NCBI GenBank assembly: GCA_947451935.1 | Contig: CANGBH010000005.1 | Span: forward strand, 2,685 to 66,684 | From: Chitinophagaceae bacterium | GTDB taxonomy: Bacteria; Bacteroidota; Bacteroidia; Chitinophagales; Chitinophagaceae | Direction of reading: 5' to 3' | DNA: 64,000 bases | Shown here: positions 1-8,963 of the stretch, piece after piece | Layout: each line of letters starts with the position of its first letter | Numbering within the stretch: the stretch's first letter is position 1 | Notes under the pieces: model-generated | Told to the model about the DNA's origin: nothing | Seen by the model: the letters and a program-made list of their open reading frames with translations, nothing else | Databases searched by the model: none | Made by a program: the position numbers and the translations under genes

Positions 1-87
1 CTTTTTGGAAGGTACAGTTTTTTTCTATTTTCACTTAGGAGATGAACTGAAGTTTTTAGGATTTTTATCACAAATTATTCAGCCTTA

Positions 88-849
88 ATGATTGATACAC
101 ACTGTCATTTGTATTCAGAGGAGTTTATAGCCGACCTCAACGAGGTCATCGATAGGGCTAAAAAGACTGGGATTGAGAAAGTATACTTGCCTGCCATAGA
201 TTCATCTACCCATGAGGCTATGATTGCTTTAGCTGATCAACATGAAGCATATTGTATTCCTATGATGGGACTTCATCCTTGCTATGTAGAATCGAATTAT
301 GAGGATGAGCTCAAGCTCGTGGAAGACTGGTTAGGCAAGAGAAAATTTGCAGCCATAGGAGAGATTGGATTGGATTATTATCATTCTGTTGAATATAAGT
401 CGCAGCAGATCGATGCCTTTTCTAGGCAAATAAACATGGCCATTGCACATAATCTTCCTATTGTAATCCATACGCGTAGTTCGATGGACGATTGTATTCG
501 AATTGTTGAAGAAGTTGGCAAAGGGGAAATAACCGGAATTTTTCACTGTTTTGGTGGAGATGAGCGCCAAGCTAAAAAGATTATTGAGCTAGGTTTTATG
601 CTTGGAATTGGGGGCGTACTTACTTATAAAAATGCTGGGTTGGCTAGGGTATTAGAATCTGTTCCTATAGAGTCAATTGTATTGGAGACAGATGCACCAT
701 ATTTAACTCCTGTTCCATTTAGGGGGAAGCGAAACGAAGCAAGTTATGTTCAATATGTTGCCGAAAAAATCAGTGAGATCAAAAAGATTACACTTGAGGA
801 AGTGGACAATCTAACCACTGCCAATGCGAAAAAAATATTCGGCTTCTAA
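88..849 (+). CDS. TatD family metal-dependent hydrolase
   Basis: 253-aa ORF with ATG at 88. N-terminal MIDTHCHL motif, IGEIGLDY, VIHTR and LETDAPYL motifs are typical of the TatD/YcfH amidohydrolase fold. Confidence 0.9.
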   Translation: MIDTHCHLYSEEFIADLNEVIDRAKKTGIEKVYLPAIDSSTHEAMIALADQHEAYCIPMMGLHPCYVESNYEDELKLVEDWLGKRKFAAIGEIGLDYYHSVEYKSQQIDAFSRQINMAIAHNLPIVIHTRSSMDDCIRIVEEVGKGEITGIFHCFGGDERQAKKIIELGFMLGIGGVLTYKNAGLARVLESVPIESIVLETDAPYLTPVPFRGKRNEASYVQYVAEKISEIKKITLEEVDNLTTANAKKIFGF

Positions 850-883
850 GTTTTAAGGGTTTATTTTTGCCGTCCGATTTTAC

Positions 884-970
884 GGAGACTTGTCCGAGTG
901 GCTGAAGGAGCACGCTTGGAAAGCGTGTAAACGGGAAACTGTTTCGAGGGTTCGAATCCCTCAGTCTCCG
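884..970 (+). tRNA. tRNA-Ser (anticodon GGA)
   Basis: Hand-folded cloverleaf. Acceptor GGAGACT/AGTCTCC plus discriminator G. Anticodon stem CACGC/GCGTG with loop TTGGAAA. Long variable arm. T arm GAGGG-TTCGAAT-CCCTC. CCA not encoded. Confidence 0.9.
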
Positions 971-977
971 CTGAAAA

Positions 978-1004
978 AATAATGCCCCATTATGGGGCAT
1001 TATT
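978..1004. terminator. Intrinsic terminator hairpin between tRNA-Ser and the convergent symporter gene
   Basis: Perfect 12-bp stem AATAATGCCCCA / TGGGGCATTATT with a 3-nt loop. Lies between two convergent transcription units. Confidence 0.55.
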
Positions 1005-1044
1005 CGTTGATAGAATCAATTTATTTCTACACTCTAAATTCTAC

Positions 1045-2772
1045 TTACCAGAATCTGATATAGAGAGCAGCTAAGATCATCCAAGCAGCCACAATCATAA
1101 TGATAGAGCGGGGTTCTAATTTAAACATACCCTTTTCAAATATAAATGCCTTCTCATTTACTTTCGGTCCAGCCAAACTAACTGCTATCATAATTAATAC
1201 AGTGAAGAAAAATGCCCAGCCAATATTAATCAAGAACGGAATTTCAGTAATGGTTTTTACTACTCCATGGTCAAGCTTTTGATATTCAAATGCAGTATAG
1301 AGTAGTGTTTCTTTTCCAAACAAGAGCACAGCATAATTATTAAATAAAATTGATAATAGTAAACCAGCTATGATTCCTACCAATGCAGCCGTTCCGGTTG
1401 TTCGTTTCCAAAACATACCGAGGATGAAGGTTGCGAATACACCCGGACTAATAAACCCTGTATATTTTTGAATGAAGGTAAACCCTCCTTCACCTCCAAT
1501 ACCCAGTGAATCACTCCAAGTAAATATTACGGCTACCATCATGGATGCTGCAATAGCAAGACGACCAGTCCACACCAATTTTTTTTCACTTGCATCTTTA
1601 TCTATGTATTTTTTAAAAATATCAAGGGTAAAAATGGTTGAGATGCTATTGGCTTTTCCGGCAAGTGAAGCTACGATGGCTGCTGTAAGTGCTGCTAGAG
1701 AAAGTCCTTTTAATCCACTAGGTAAAAATCCAAGGATAGCAGAATAAGCACCATCCTTGCTCCCTTGTCCCATTTCAGGAAGATGTCCATTTTTATATAA
1801 AACGAAAGCAGCAATACCTGGAAGCATTACGATAACAGGCATTAATAATTTTAAAAATGCAGCAAATAGTATACCTGTTCTAGCTGTTTTTAGATCGGCC
1901 CCTAGCGCACGTTGTGTGATGTATTGATTACAACCCCAATAGTTAAGGTGTAGAACCCACTGTCCACCGAGATACATTAATATACCAGGGAGAATTATGT
2001 ATTTCTGAATATCTAAGTTCTCCGGTTGATCTATCGTAGTAGTTGTAAGTGTTGGTTTAGGTTGAATCAAGTGAAAATGTTCGGGAGCTTGCTTCATTAA
2101 ATCTAAGAAACCAGAAATAGCTGAGCCGCCGCTACCAAATTTGTCGCTCACAATGGTCAACGCAAGGTATGTAGTAGCTAGTCCGCCGATAATCAATACA
2201 GCCACTTGAATAACATCTGTATATCCAATTACTTTCATCCCACCTAACGTGATAACAAGAGCAAAAAGCATAAGTACTATCATGATCAAGTGAAGGTATT
2301 GCCCCCCTAATAACCCATTGATAGCAACAGAGCCAAGGTATAGAATAGAAGTAAGGTTCACGAAGATGTATAAGAAAAGCCAAAAGACTGTCATGATCAG
2401 TGCAACGGATTCATTATAACGAGTCTTTAAAAACTGAGGCATCGTGAAGATTTTATTCTTCAAATAGATTGGCATGAACCATACTGCAATGATCACCAAC
2501 GCAATTGCTGCAAACCATTCATACACACTTACAGCAACACCTACAAAAAAACCATCACCACTCATTCCAATGAATTGTTCAGCAGAGATATTCGATGCAA
2601 TGAGTGAAGCGCCAATAGCCCACCAGGCTAGTGAACCTTCAGCAAGGAAGAAATCTTTTGTATCAGCAGTTTTTTTCTTTTTCTTGTTATATATCCAAAA
2701 TCCGTAACTGGCAACAATAACGATGTATGCAAAGAATACGAATAAGTCTGAAAAGGAGAGTCCTTTAGTCAT
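1045..2772 (-). CDS. Sodium:solute symporter (SSS/SGLT family)
   Basis: 575-aa polytopic membrane ORF. N-terminal FFLAEGSLAWWAIGASLIASNISAEQFIGMSG is the characteristic SSS-family segment. About 13-14 hydrophobic spans. Confidence 0.85.
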   Translation of the reverse strand: MTKGLSFSDLFVFFAYIVIVASYGFWIYNKKKKKTADTKDFFLAEGSLAWWAIGASLIASNISAEQFIGMSGDGFFVGVAVSVYEWFAAIALVIIAVWFMPIYLKNKIFTMPQFLKTRYNESVALIMTVFWLFLYIFVNLTSILYLGSVAINGLLGGQYLHLIMIVLMLFALVITLGGMKVIGYTDVIQVAVLIIGGLATTYLALTIVSDKFGSGGSAISGFLDLMKQAPEHFHLIQPKPTLTTTTIDQPENLDIQKYIILPGILMYLGGQWVLHLNYWGCNQYITQRALGADLKTARTGILFAAFLKLLMPVIVMLPGIAAFVLYKNGHLPEMGQGSKDGAYSAILGFLPSGLKGLSLAALTAAIVASLAGKANSISTIFTLDIFKKYIDKDASEKKLVWTGRLAIAASMMVAVIFTWSDSLGIGGEGGFTFIQKYTGFISPGVFATFILGMFWKRTTGTAALVGIIAGLLLSILFNNYAVLLFGKETLLYTAFEYQKLDHGVVKTITEIPFLINIGWAFFFTVLIMIAVSLAGPKVNEKAFIFEKGMFKLEPRSIIMIVAAWMILAALYIRFW

Positions 2773-2955
2773 ATAAGCAGTTTTGGTTTGTAAACGTTGA
2801 TGATGACTTTTAATATCATTTAGCTTTTCAATGCTAGATTGATATTCAAAGGCATTTGCTGAAGTTAAAAATTATACGATGAAATACAACGCTTTTTGTT
2901 TTATTTTTATAGCCCACAACGTTATGCTATTAATAAAATAAATTTTATTTCGATT

Positions 2956-4596
2956 ATGAAGAACATAGTCTTGAAGGTGAATGAAAAGGACAATGTAATT
3001 GTTGCTCTAACAGATTTAGAACAAGGGAAAGAAGTAGTATATAATGGGGAAACATATCATTTATTGGAGAAGGTTCCAGCTAAGCATAAATTTTATACCC
3101 ACGACATTCAGACTGGTGGCGAAGTGATTATGTATGGTGTGCTTGTGGGCAAAGTGCAGTGTGATGTAAAAAAAGGGTCATTGATGACTACCTCAAATTT
3201 AAAACATGCGGCAGATCCGTATGCATATCGTGGGGCAACATATAGTTGGTCTGCACCTGATGTTTCAACATATAAAGGAAGGACCTTCAATGGATATGTG
3301 CGCAATGATGGGCGAGTAGGTACTGCGAATTATTGGTTATTTCTTCCTACTGTTTTTTGTGAAAATAGAAACCTAGATGTAATTCGTGAAGCATTACATA
3401 ATGAATTAGGTTATGCAGTAACGGATAAATACAAGCAGTATACTAAAATGTTGAAAGCTGCATATGAAAAAGGGGAATCTCTTAGCGAGGTATTGCCTGA
3501 TTTAAGTGCTTCACCCAAAGAAAATCGATTATTTGCCAATGTAGATGGAATCAAATTTTTAAATCATCAAGGTGGATGTGGCGGAACACGACAGGATTCA
3601 GCAACGTTAGAACAATTGCTTGCTGCTTACGCTGATCATCCAAATGTGGCGGGTATCACTGTGCTGAGTTTGGGTTGTCAGCATCTTCAGACGGATGGAT
3701 TTTTAGGAACAATTAAAAAAAGAAATCCATTATTTGAAAAGCCATTATTCATTTTTGAACAGCAAGGCTCAACCAGCGAGGAAGATTTAGTTAAAGAAGC
3801 AATCAGTGCAACCTTCAAAGGCTTAATTGAAATAAATAAAAATCAACGAACTCCTGTTTCATTGGATCATCTAACGGTTGGTGTTAAGTGTGGAGGTAGT
3901 GATGGGTTTAGTGGAATTTCGGCAAATCCTGCTGTAGGTTATTTTGCTGATTTAGTTGTTGGTTTAGGGGGAAAGATTTTGTTGGCAGAATTTCCAGAAC
4001 TATGTGGTGCTGAACAAGAGTTGATTGATCGTAGCGTTTCAAAAGAAACGGCAGAAAAGTTTATTCGTTTGATGGATACCTATAGCGAGGAAGCAGTAAG
4101 GGTTGGATCAGGGTTTCATATGAATCCATCACCAGGCAATATTAAAGATGGATTGATTACTGATGCTATAAAGAGTGCAGGTGCTTGTAAAAAGGGGGGT
4201 ACTTCACCGGTGGTTGATGTTCTGGATTATACAGAGCCAGTAACAAAGCCAGGTTTAAGTTTAGTTTGTACTCCGGGGAACGATGTAGAAGCTACAACGG
4301 GAAAGGCCGCTTCAGGTGCAACACTCATTATGTTTACCACAGGCTTAGGAACGCCAACAGGCAATCCTGTTTGTCCTACCATCAAGTTGGCAACAAACAG
4401 CACACTTGCTAGACGTATGAAAGATATCATTGATATAGATTGTGGACCAATAGTGGAAGGGGAAAAAACAATTCAGGAGATGGGCGAGGAGATCTTAGAG
4501 TATTGCATTAAGGCTGCAAGTGGGGAAGTTATTCCAAAATCTGTTCAATTAAATCAAGATGACTTTATCCCTTGGAAGCGAGGAGTTTCTTTGTAG
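2956..4596 (+). CDS. uxaA: Altronate dehydratase / UxaA-family sugar-acid hydrolyase
   Basis: N-terminal SAF-like domain (MKNIVLKVNEKDNVIVAL). Central NHQGGCGG, GVKCGGSDGFSGISANPA and C-terminal FTTGLGTP motifs typical of UxaA/GarD dehydratases. I start at ATG 2956, not the upstream TTG at 2896. Confidence 0.85.
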   Translation: MKNIVLKVNEKDNVIVALTDLEQGKEVVYNGETYHLLEKVPAKHKFYTHDIQTGGEVIMYGVLVGKVQCDVKKGSLMTTSNLKHAADPYAYRGATYSWSAPDVSTYKGRTFNGYVRNDGRVGTANYWLFLPTVFCENRNLDVIREALHNELGYAVTDKYKQYTKMLKAAYEKGESLSEVLPDLSASPKENRLFANVDGIKFLNHQGGCGGTRQDSATLEQLLAAYADHPNVAGITVLSLGCQHLQTDGFLGTIKKRNPLFEKPLFIFEQQGSTSEEDLVKEAISATFKGLIEINKNQRTPVSLDHLTVGVKCGGSDGFSGISANPAVGYFADLVVGLGGKILLAEFPELCGAEQELIDRSVSKETAEKFIRLMDTYSEEAVRVGSGFHMNPSPGNIKDGLITDAIKSAGACKKGGTSPVVDVLDYTEPVTKPGLSLVCTPGNDVEATTGKAASGATLIMFTTGLGTPTGNPVCPTIKLATNSTLARRMKDIIDIDCGPIVEGEKTIQEMGEEILEYCIKAASGEVIPKSVQLNQDDFIPWKRGVSL

Positions 4597-4610
4597 AGAA
4601 CAATTAAAAT

Positions 4611-4650
4611 AAAAAAAAGAGAGGTTTACATTTAAACCTCTCTTTTTTTT
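4611..4650. terminator. Bidirectional intrinsic terminator (uxaA / fbaA convergent pair)
   Basis: Stem GAGAGGTTTA / TAAACCTCTC (4619-4642). Flanked by an A-run upstream and a T-run downstream, so it looks like a terminator on both strands. Confidence 0.65.
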
Positions 4651-4653
4651 ATT

Positions 4654-5721
4654 TTATGCATTTCTGTTGATGCAATTCAAATCTTCAAAAGCAGTTTTAA
4701 GACGTGTGATGAATGTTTCTTCGCCTTTTCTTAACCATACTCTTGGGTCATAGTGCTTTTTATTTGGCTTATCTGCCCCTTCTGGATTACCTAATTGAGC
4801 TTGAAGATAGCCTTCGTTCTTCTTGTAATTATTCAACACACCTTCCCAGAAGGCCCATTGTAAGTCTGTGTCAATATTCATTTTAATGGCACCATACCCA
4901 ATAGCCTCCCTAATTTGATGTTGAGGAGATCCGCTTCCACCATGGAATACAAAGAATACTGGTTTTTCTTGTGTATTGAATGTTTTTTGGATATAGTCTT
5001 GTGAGTTTTTAAGAATTTCTGGACGAAGTTGAACATTGCCTGGGCTATATACACCATGCACATTTCCGAATGCAGCAGCAACTGTAAATAATTCACCTAC
5101 TTTACCTAATTCTGTATAGGCATGTGCTACGTGTTGAGGTTGTGTATAGAGTTTATCATTTTCAACATCTGAATTATCTACACCATCTTCTTCACCACCG
5201 GTTACTCCCAATTCAATTTCAATACCCATACCAAGAGGAGCCATGCGTTTGAAAAATTCAACTGAGGTAGCTATGTTTTCTTCAAGTGGTTCTTCACTTA
5301 AATCAAGCATGTGAGAACTGAAGAGAGGTTGACCTTTTTCTTTTTTGTATTGTTCCCCAGCATCAATCAATGCACTGATCCATGGAAGCCATTTTTTTGA
5401 AGCATGGTCTGTGTGCAATACAACAGGCACTCCATAATACTTTGCAATGTTATGAATGTGCAAGGCACCTGAAATGGCACCAGCTATATTAGCTTGCATG
5501 TTATCGTTTGGCATTCCTTTGCCTGCAATAAATTGTGCTCCACCATTTGAAAACTGAACGATGACTGGAGAGTTTACGGCTGCTGCAGCTTCAAGTGTAG
5601 CGTTTATTGTATCAGTTCCAGTAGTATTGACCGCTGGCATGGCGAAATGATTATCCTTTGCGTCTTGATATAGTGCTTTTAGTTCATCACCAAAAAGGAC
5701 ACCTGCTCTGTATTTGCTCAT
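4654..5721 (-). CDS. fbaA: Class II fructose-1,6-bisphosphate aldolase
   Basis: 355-aa ORF. FAMPAVN, VIVQFSNGGA, LHTDH and FVFHGGSGS motifs of the class IIa FbaA family. Confidence 0.93.
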   Translation of the reverse strand: MSKYRAGVLFGDELKALYQDAKDNHFAMPAVNTTGTDTINATLEAAAAVNSPVIVQFSNGGAQFIAGKGMPNDNMQANIAGAISGALHIHNIAKYYGVPVVLHTDHASKKWLPWISALIDAGEQYKKEKGQPLFSSHMLDLSEEPLEENIATSVEFFKRMAPLGMGIEIELGVTGGEEDGVDNSDVENDKLYTQPQHVAHAYTELGKVGELFTVAAAFGNVHGVYSPGNVQLRPEILKNSQDYIQKTFNTQEKPVFFVFHGGSGSPQHQIREAIGYGAIKMNIDTDLQWAFWEGVLNNYKKNEGYLQAQLGNPEGADKPNKKHYDPRVWLRKGEETFITRLKTAFEDLNCINRNA

Positions 5722-5800
5722 ATTGTTTGTTTTAGGAGTTGCAAATATCGGAAAAAAATAGACGTCTTTTGTCAGAAGTTGGAGAATAGGAAATAGAAAA

Positions 5801-5828
5801 GGCTGTTAGAATATTCCATCTAACAGCC
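5801..5828 (-). terminator. Intrinsic terminator downstream of the TlpA-like gene
   Basis: 10-bp stem GGCTGTTAGA / TCTAACAGCC with an 8-nt loop, followed by T-rich sequence. Lies 24 nt past the stop of the 5852-6991 gene. Confidence 0.5.
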
Positions 5829-5851
5829 TTTTCTACACCTATTTTCAAGGT

Positions 5852-6991
5852 TTACTTAAAGATTTCTTGAAGTTTTTGGTTCAATGCCTCTCCACGGAGA
5901 TTTTTTCCAATAATTTTTCCTTGAGGATCGATCAGGAAATTTTGAGGGATAGCTTGTATTCCATACATGACTGAAACTTGATTGTTCCAAAACTTAAGGT
6001 CAGAAACGTGAGTCCAAGTCAGCTTATCATCATGGATTGCTTTGAGCCATTTTTCTTTTCCGTTGGGTTGATCAAGGGAAACACTTAGAACGTCAAATCC
6101 TTTGCTATTATATTGGTTAAATGCGGCCACTACATTTGGATTCTCTGCACGACAAGGACCGCACCAACTAGCCCAGAAATCGAGGAGTAGATATTTTCCG
6201 CGGAAAGAAGAAAGTGTTACTGGATTACCAAGTGTATCATTTTGTGTGAAATCCATAGCCATTCTTCCAATACCTGTCTTCTTTGCCGTTTCAATTTTTT
6301 CTTGGATTTCTTTTCCGCCAGCTGATTTTCTTATTGATTCAGATAGGGAAAGGAAAATTGGTTCTGCATCGTCTGGATTGATATCATATCCAGCATATTG
6401 ATTGAAGATGTAAAGCGCAATTACTGAGTTGGTATTTTTTTGTAGGTATTGTTTATTTCTAATCTTCATTTCAGCATCTAGTTTTTCAAACTCAGCTTCT
6501 AGTTTCTTCATCCCTTCTTCATCTTTCTTCTCGTACAACGCGCCATAATCATTGTTAAGGCTTTTCATTTTATCATCAATGTCCTTGTTTGAAGCTTTTA
6601 ATTTAAGATACTCTGCGTGTGCTTTGGATCCTTTTACAATTGCATTACCAAATGAGTCAACGTTAGCAACTGCTATGGATGAATTTTCAATGAAAAGAGT
6701 AGTCATGTCTCTTTCATAGAAAAACGCCCTTACCGAGGTAGTGCTTGTATCTTTTTTGTATTCTGCTCTTAAATAAGCCATTACTGGATCTGCAACGGCG
6801 CCTTTAAATGCATATTTGCCATTTTTAACTTCTACGCTATCTTCAGTTGAAACGCCATTAGCTCTATATGAAAGGAATACTTTTACTATTGGCTCTTTAA
6901 TTTTAGACACATCACCATTGATAGTGAATTGTTTTTGTGCAGTTGCGTTGATTGAAATGATTGCAAGTATTGCGAAAAGGATCTTTTTCAT
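5852..6991 (-). CDS. TlpA/AhpC-TSA family thiol-disulfide oxidoreductase, secreted
   Basis: Signal peptide MKKILFAILAIISINATAQ. C-terminal thioredoxin fold with active site WASWCGPC. N-terminal beta-rich domain as in Bacteroidota TlpA-like proteins. Confidence 0.85.
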   Translation of the reverse strand: MKKILFAILAIISINATAQKQFTINGDVSKIKEPIVKVFLSYRANGVSTEDSVEVKNGKYAFKGAVADPVMAYLRAEYKKDTSTTSVRAFFYERDMTTLFIENSSIAVANVDSFGNAIVKGSKAHAEYLKLKASNKDIDDKMKSLNNDYGALYEKKDEEGMKKLEAEFEKLDAEMKIRNKQYLQKNTNSVIALYIFNQYAGYDINPDDAEPIFLSLSESIRKSAGGKEIQEKIETAKKTGIGRMAMDFTQNDTLGNPVTLSSFRGKYLLLDFWASWCGPCRAENPNVVAAFNQYNSKGFDVLSVSLDQPNGKEKWLKAIHDDKLTWTHVSDLKFWNNQVSVMYGIQAIPQNFLIDPQGKIIGKNLRGEALNQKLQEIFK

Positions 6992-7042
6992 GTGCTGTTT
7001 TTGAAAAATTATAAATGGATTGAAAGATAAGATTTTTTTATT

Positions 7043-7492
7043 TTACCAATTGTTTTCTTGACCTGGTATAACTCGTTCAGGAGTTTCAATTGGATGTTCC
7101 TCCCATTCTGGGTCGTAGGATACAAACCAAGACAACCAGAGAGTTCGTGATAGTCTCATGAATAGGGGTTGAATCGCTAACATCACTACTGCATTGATGC
7201 CCATCCACCAAAAAAAGCGGTTATCGTCTAATGAGAAGCCGATGGTAAACCACCAGGCAATGAGTGTAGCAACGCTAAATCCAACTGAAAGGGCATAGCT
7301 AACATAGCCTGTTCCATAGTAAAAGCCTACTTCAATTTCTGTGGGTTGGTTACATACAGGGCATTCTCTGTTCATGAGGACTATTTGCCCAAATTTGTAA
7401 GCACTTTTTGACGCATAGATGTTTCCTTTTCTACATCGTGGACATTTATTCGATAATACACTAACTAAATACGATTCTTTAAAGTTGCCCAT
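7043..7492 (-). CDS. DUF983-like small membrane protein with zinc-ribbon cysteines
   Basis: 149 aa. CPRC...CPVC pair followed by two or three hydrophobic helices, matching the DUF983 pattern as I recall it. Confidence 0.65.
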   Translation of the reverse strand: MGNFKESYLVSVLSNKCPRCRKGNIYASKSAYKFGQIVLMNRECPVCNQPTEIEVGFYYGTGYVSYALSVGFSVATLIAWWFTIGFSLDDNRFFWWMGINAVVMLAIQPLFMRLSRTLWLSWFVSYDPEWEEHPIETPERVIPGQENNW

Positions 7493-7536
7493 ATGTATGA
7501 TAAGTTAAGGAGGTGATATGATTTATAATGCAAAAA

Positions 7537-8823
7537 TTAAAAGGCTGTCAATAGCTTTTCCATTTGTGTTGACCTCGACCCTTTAATTAGTATTAATGAA
7601 TTATGTGTTTCGTTTTTTCTTACCCAATCAGAAGCTTTGTTTGAGTCTTCAAAAAAATGAAAGGGGTGTTTTATGTTTTTGAAGTCACCGCCAACTAATA
7701 TAACATTGGTTAATCCCACCTCAATTAACTTATTGATTAGTTTTGTGTGTTCCGCTACTGAATATTCTCCCAATTCCATCATGGCACCTAAGCATACAAG
7801 TTTATTTGCTGCGTCTTGTGTAGCAAAATTTTCAATGGCTACTTCCATGCTACTTGGATTTGCATTGTAAGCGTCTAAAATGATTTTATTATCACCTTTA
7901 ATCAATAGTTGAGATCTTGCATTGTCGGGCTCATAAGCTTCAATCGCTCTTTTGATTTTATCTATCGAAACACCGAATTCGTTTCCAACACAAATAGCTG
8001 CTTCAACATTGGGGGTATTGTATGCTCCAACCAATTGTGTTTGAATTTCGTGATTACCCCATTGACTATTAGTTATGCTTAAATTCAAGCATGGGTCAGT
8101 AGATAATGTGGTTGTTTTAAATTGTCCATGTGCATTACCATAGAAGATTTTAGTTTTTATGTTTTTAGACATATCTACTAAGTAATCTAGGTCGCTATTT
8201 ATAAAGCCAGTTCCGTTATTTTTTTCAAGAAAAACAAACAATTCTCCTTTCCCTTTTCGCACACCTTCTTCACCTCCAAATCCTTCAAGATGTGCTTTGC
8301 CGCAATTGTTTATTAAGCCATGAGTTGGCAGAGCTATTTCACAATAACCTTCTATTTCTTTTTGATGATTAGCTCCCATTTCAATAATGGCCATTTCAGC
8401 ATCTGCTTTTATTTTCAATATAGTTAATGGTATTCCTATATGGTTATTGAGGTTCCCAGTAGTAGTAAATGTCTTGAATGTGGTTGATAAAACAGCATGG
8501 ATCAGCTCTTTGGTAGTTGTTTTCCCATTGCTGCCTGTTATGGCAATGAATGGAATTTTAAATTGCAATCTATGATGTTTTGCTAATGCTTGTAATGAAG
8601 ATAGTACATCGTCTACTTCGATGATTTTATCACTTTTCACCCCTGTTTCTTCATCCACAATAACAGCCCAAGCTCCCATGTCTATTGCTTGTTGAGCAAA
8701 TGAATTGGCATTGAAGTTTGGTCCCTTCAAACAAAAAAACAATTCTCCTGGAGCGAGCTTTCTAGTGTCTGTTTGAATGTATGGATGATCCAGAAAGATT
8801 TGGTAAAGCCGTTCTATCTGCAT
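7537..8823 (-). CDS. murF: UDP-N-acetylmuramoyl-tripeptide--D-alanyl-D-alanine ligase
   Basis: 428 aa. Mur ligase P-loop ITGSNGKTTTKE. Mur ligase middle and C-terminal domain motifs (DAYNANP). Confidence 0.9.
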   Translation of the reverse strand: MQIERLYQIFLDHPYIQTDTRKLAPGELFFCLKGPNFNANSFAQQAIDMGAWAVIVDEETGVKSDKIIEVDDVLSSLQALAKHHRLQFKIPFIAITGSNGKTTTKELIHAVLSTTFKTFTTTGNLNNHIGIPLTILKIKADAEMAIIEMGANHQKEIEGYCEIALPTHGLINNCGKAHLEGFGGEEGVRKGKGELFVFLEKNNGTGFINSDLDYLVDMSKNIKTKIFYGNAHGQFKTTTLSTDPCLNLSITNSQWGNHEIQTQLVGAYNTPNVEAAICVGNEFGVSIDKIKRAIEAYEPDNARSQLLIKGDNKIILDAYNANPSSMEVAIENFATQDAANKLVCLGAMMELGEYSVAEHTKLINKLIEVGLTNVILVGGDFKNIKHPFHFFEDSNKASDWVRKNETHNSLILIKGSRSTQMEKLLTAF

Positions 8824-8920
8824 GGTGCAAAGATAATATGAAAAAGAGTAAGGCTTTGTGTAACAATTAATTTGTATGCTAACTAAAGGGTTGAAGGGGT
8901 ATTTTCAATTCGGTACAAGC

Positions 8921-8947
8921 AAAAAAAAACTCCCAATTGGGAGTTTT
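8921..8947 (-). terminator. Intrinsic terminator downstream of gldJ
   Basis: Perfect 16-nt palindrome ACTCCCAATTGGGAGT (8929-8944). On the minus strand it is followed by a run of 9 T. Confidence 0.65.
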
Positions 8948-8963
8948 AATCGTTGTAACTATT

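Noticed and set aside
788-1000. 70-aa minus-strand ORF between tatD and the symporter.
   Set aside because: It is the antisense translation of tRNA-Ser and the terminator hairpin, with no coding features.
2789-2925. AACGTT-core sequences (TGTAAACGTTGA at 2789-2800 and CACAACGTTATG around 2914-2925) in the symporter/uxaA divergent region. They are reminiscent of LacI-family operators.
   Set aside because: The palindromic arms match at only 4-5 of 7 positions, and no LacI-type regulator is encoded nearby. Too weak to call.
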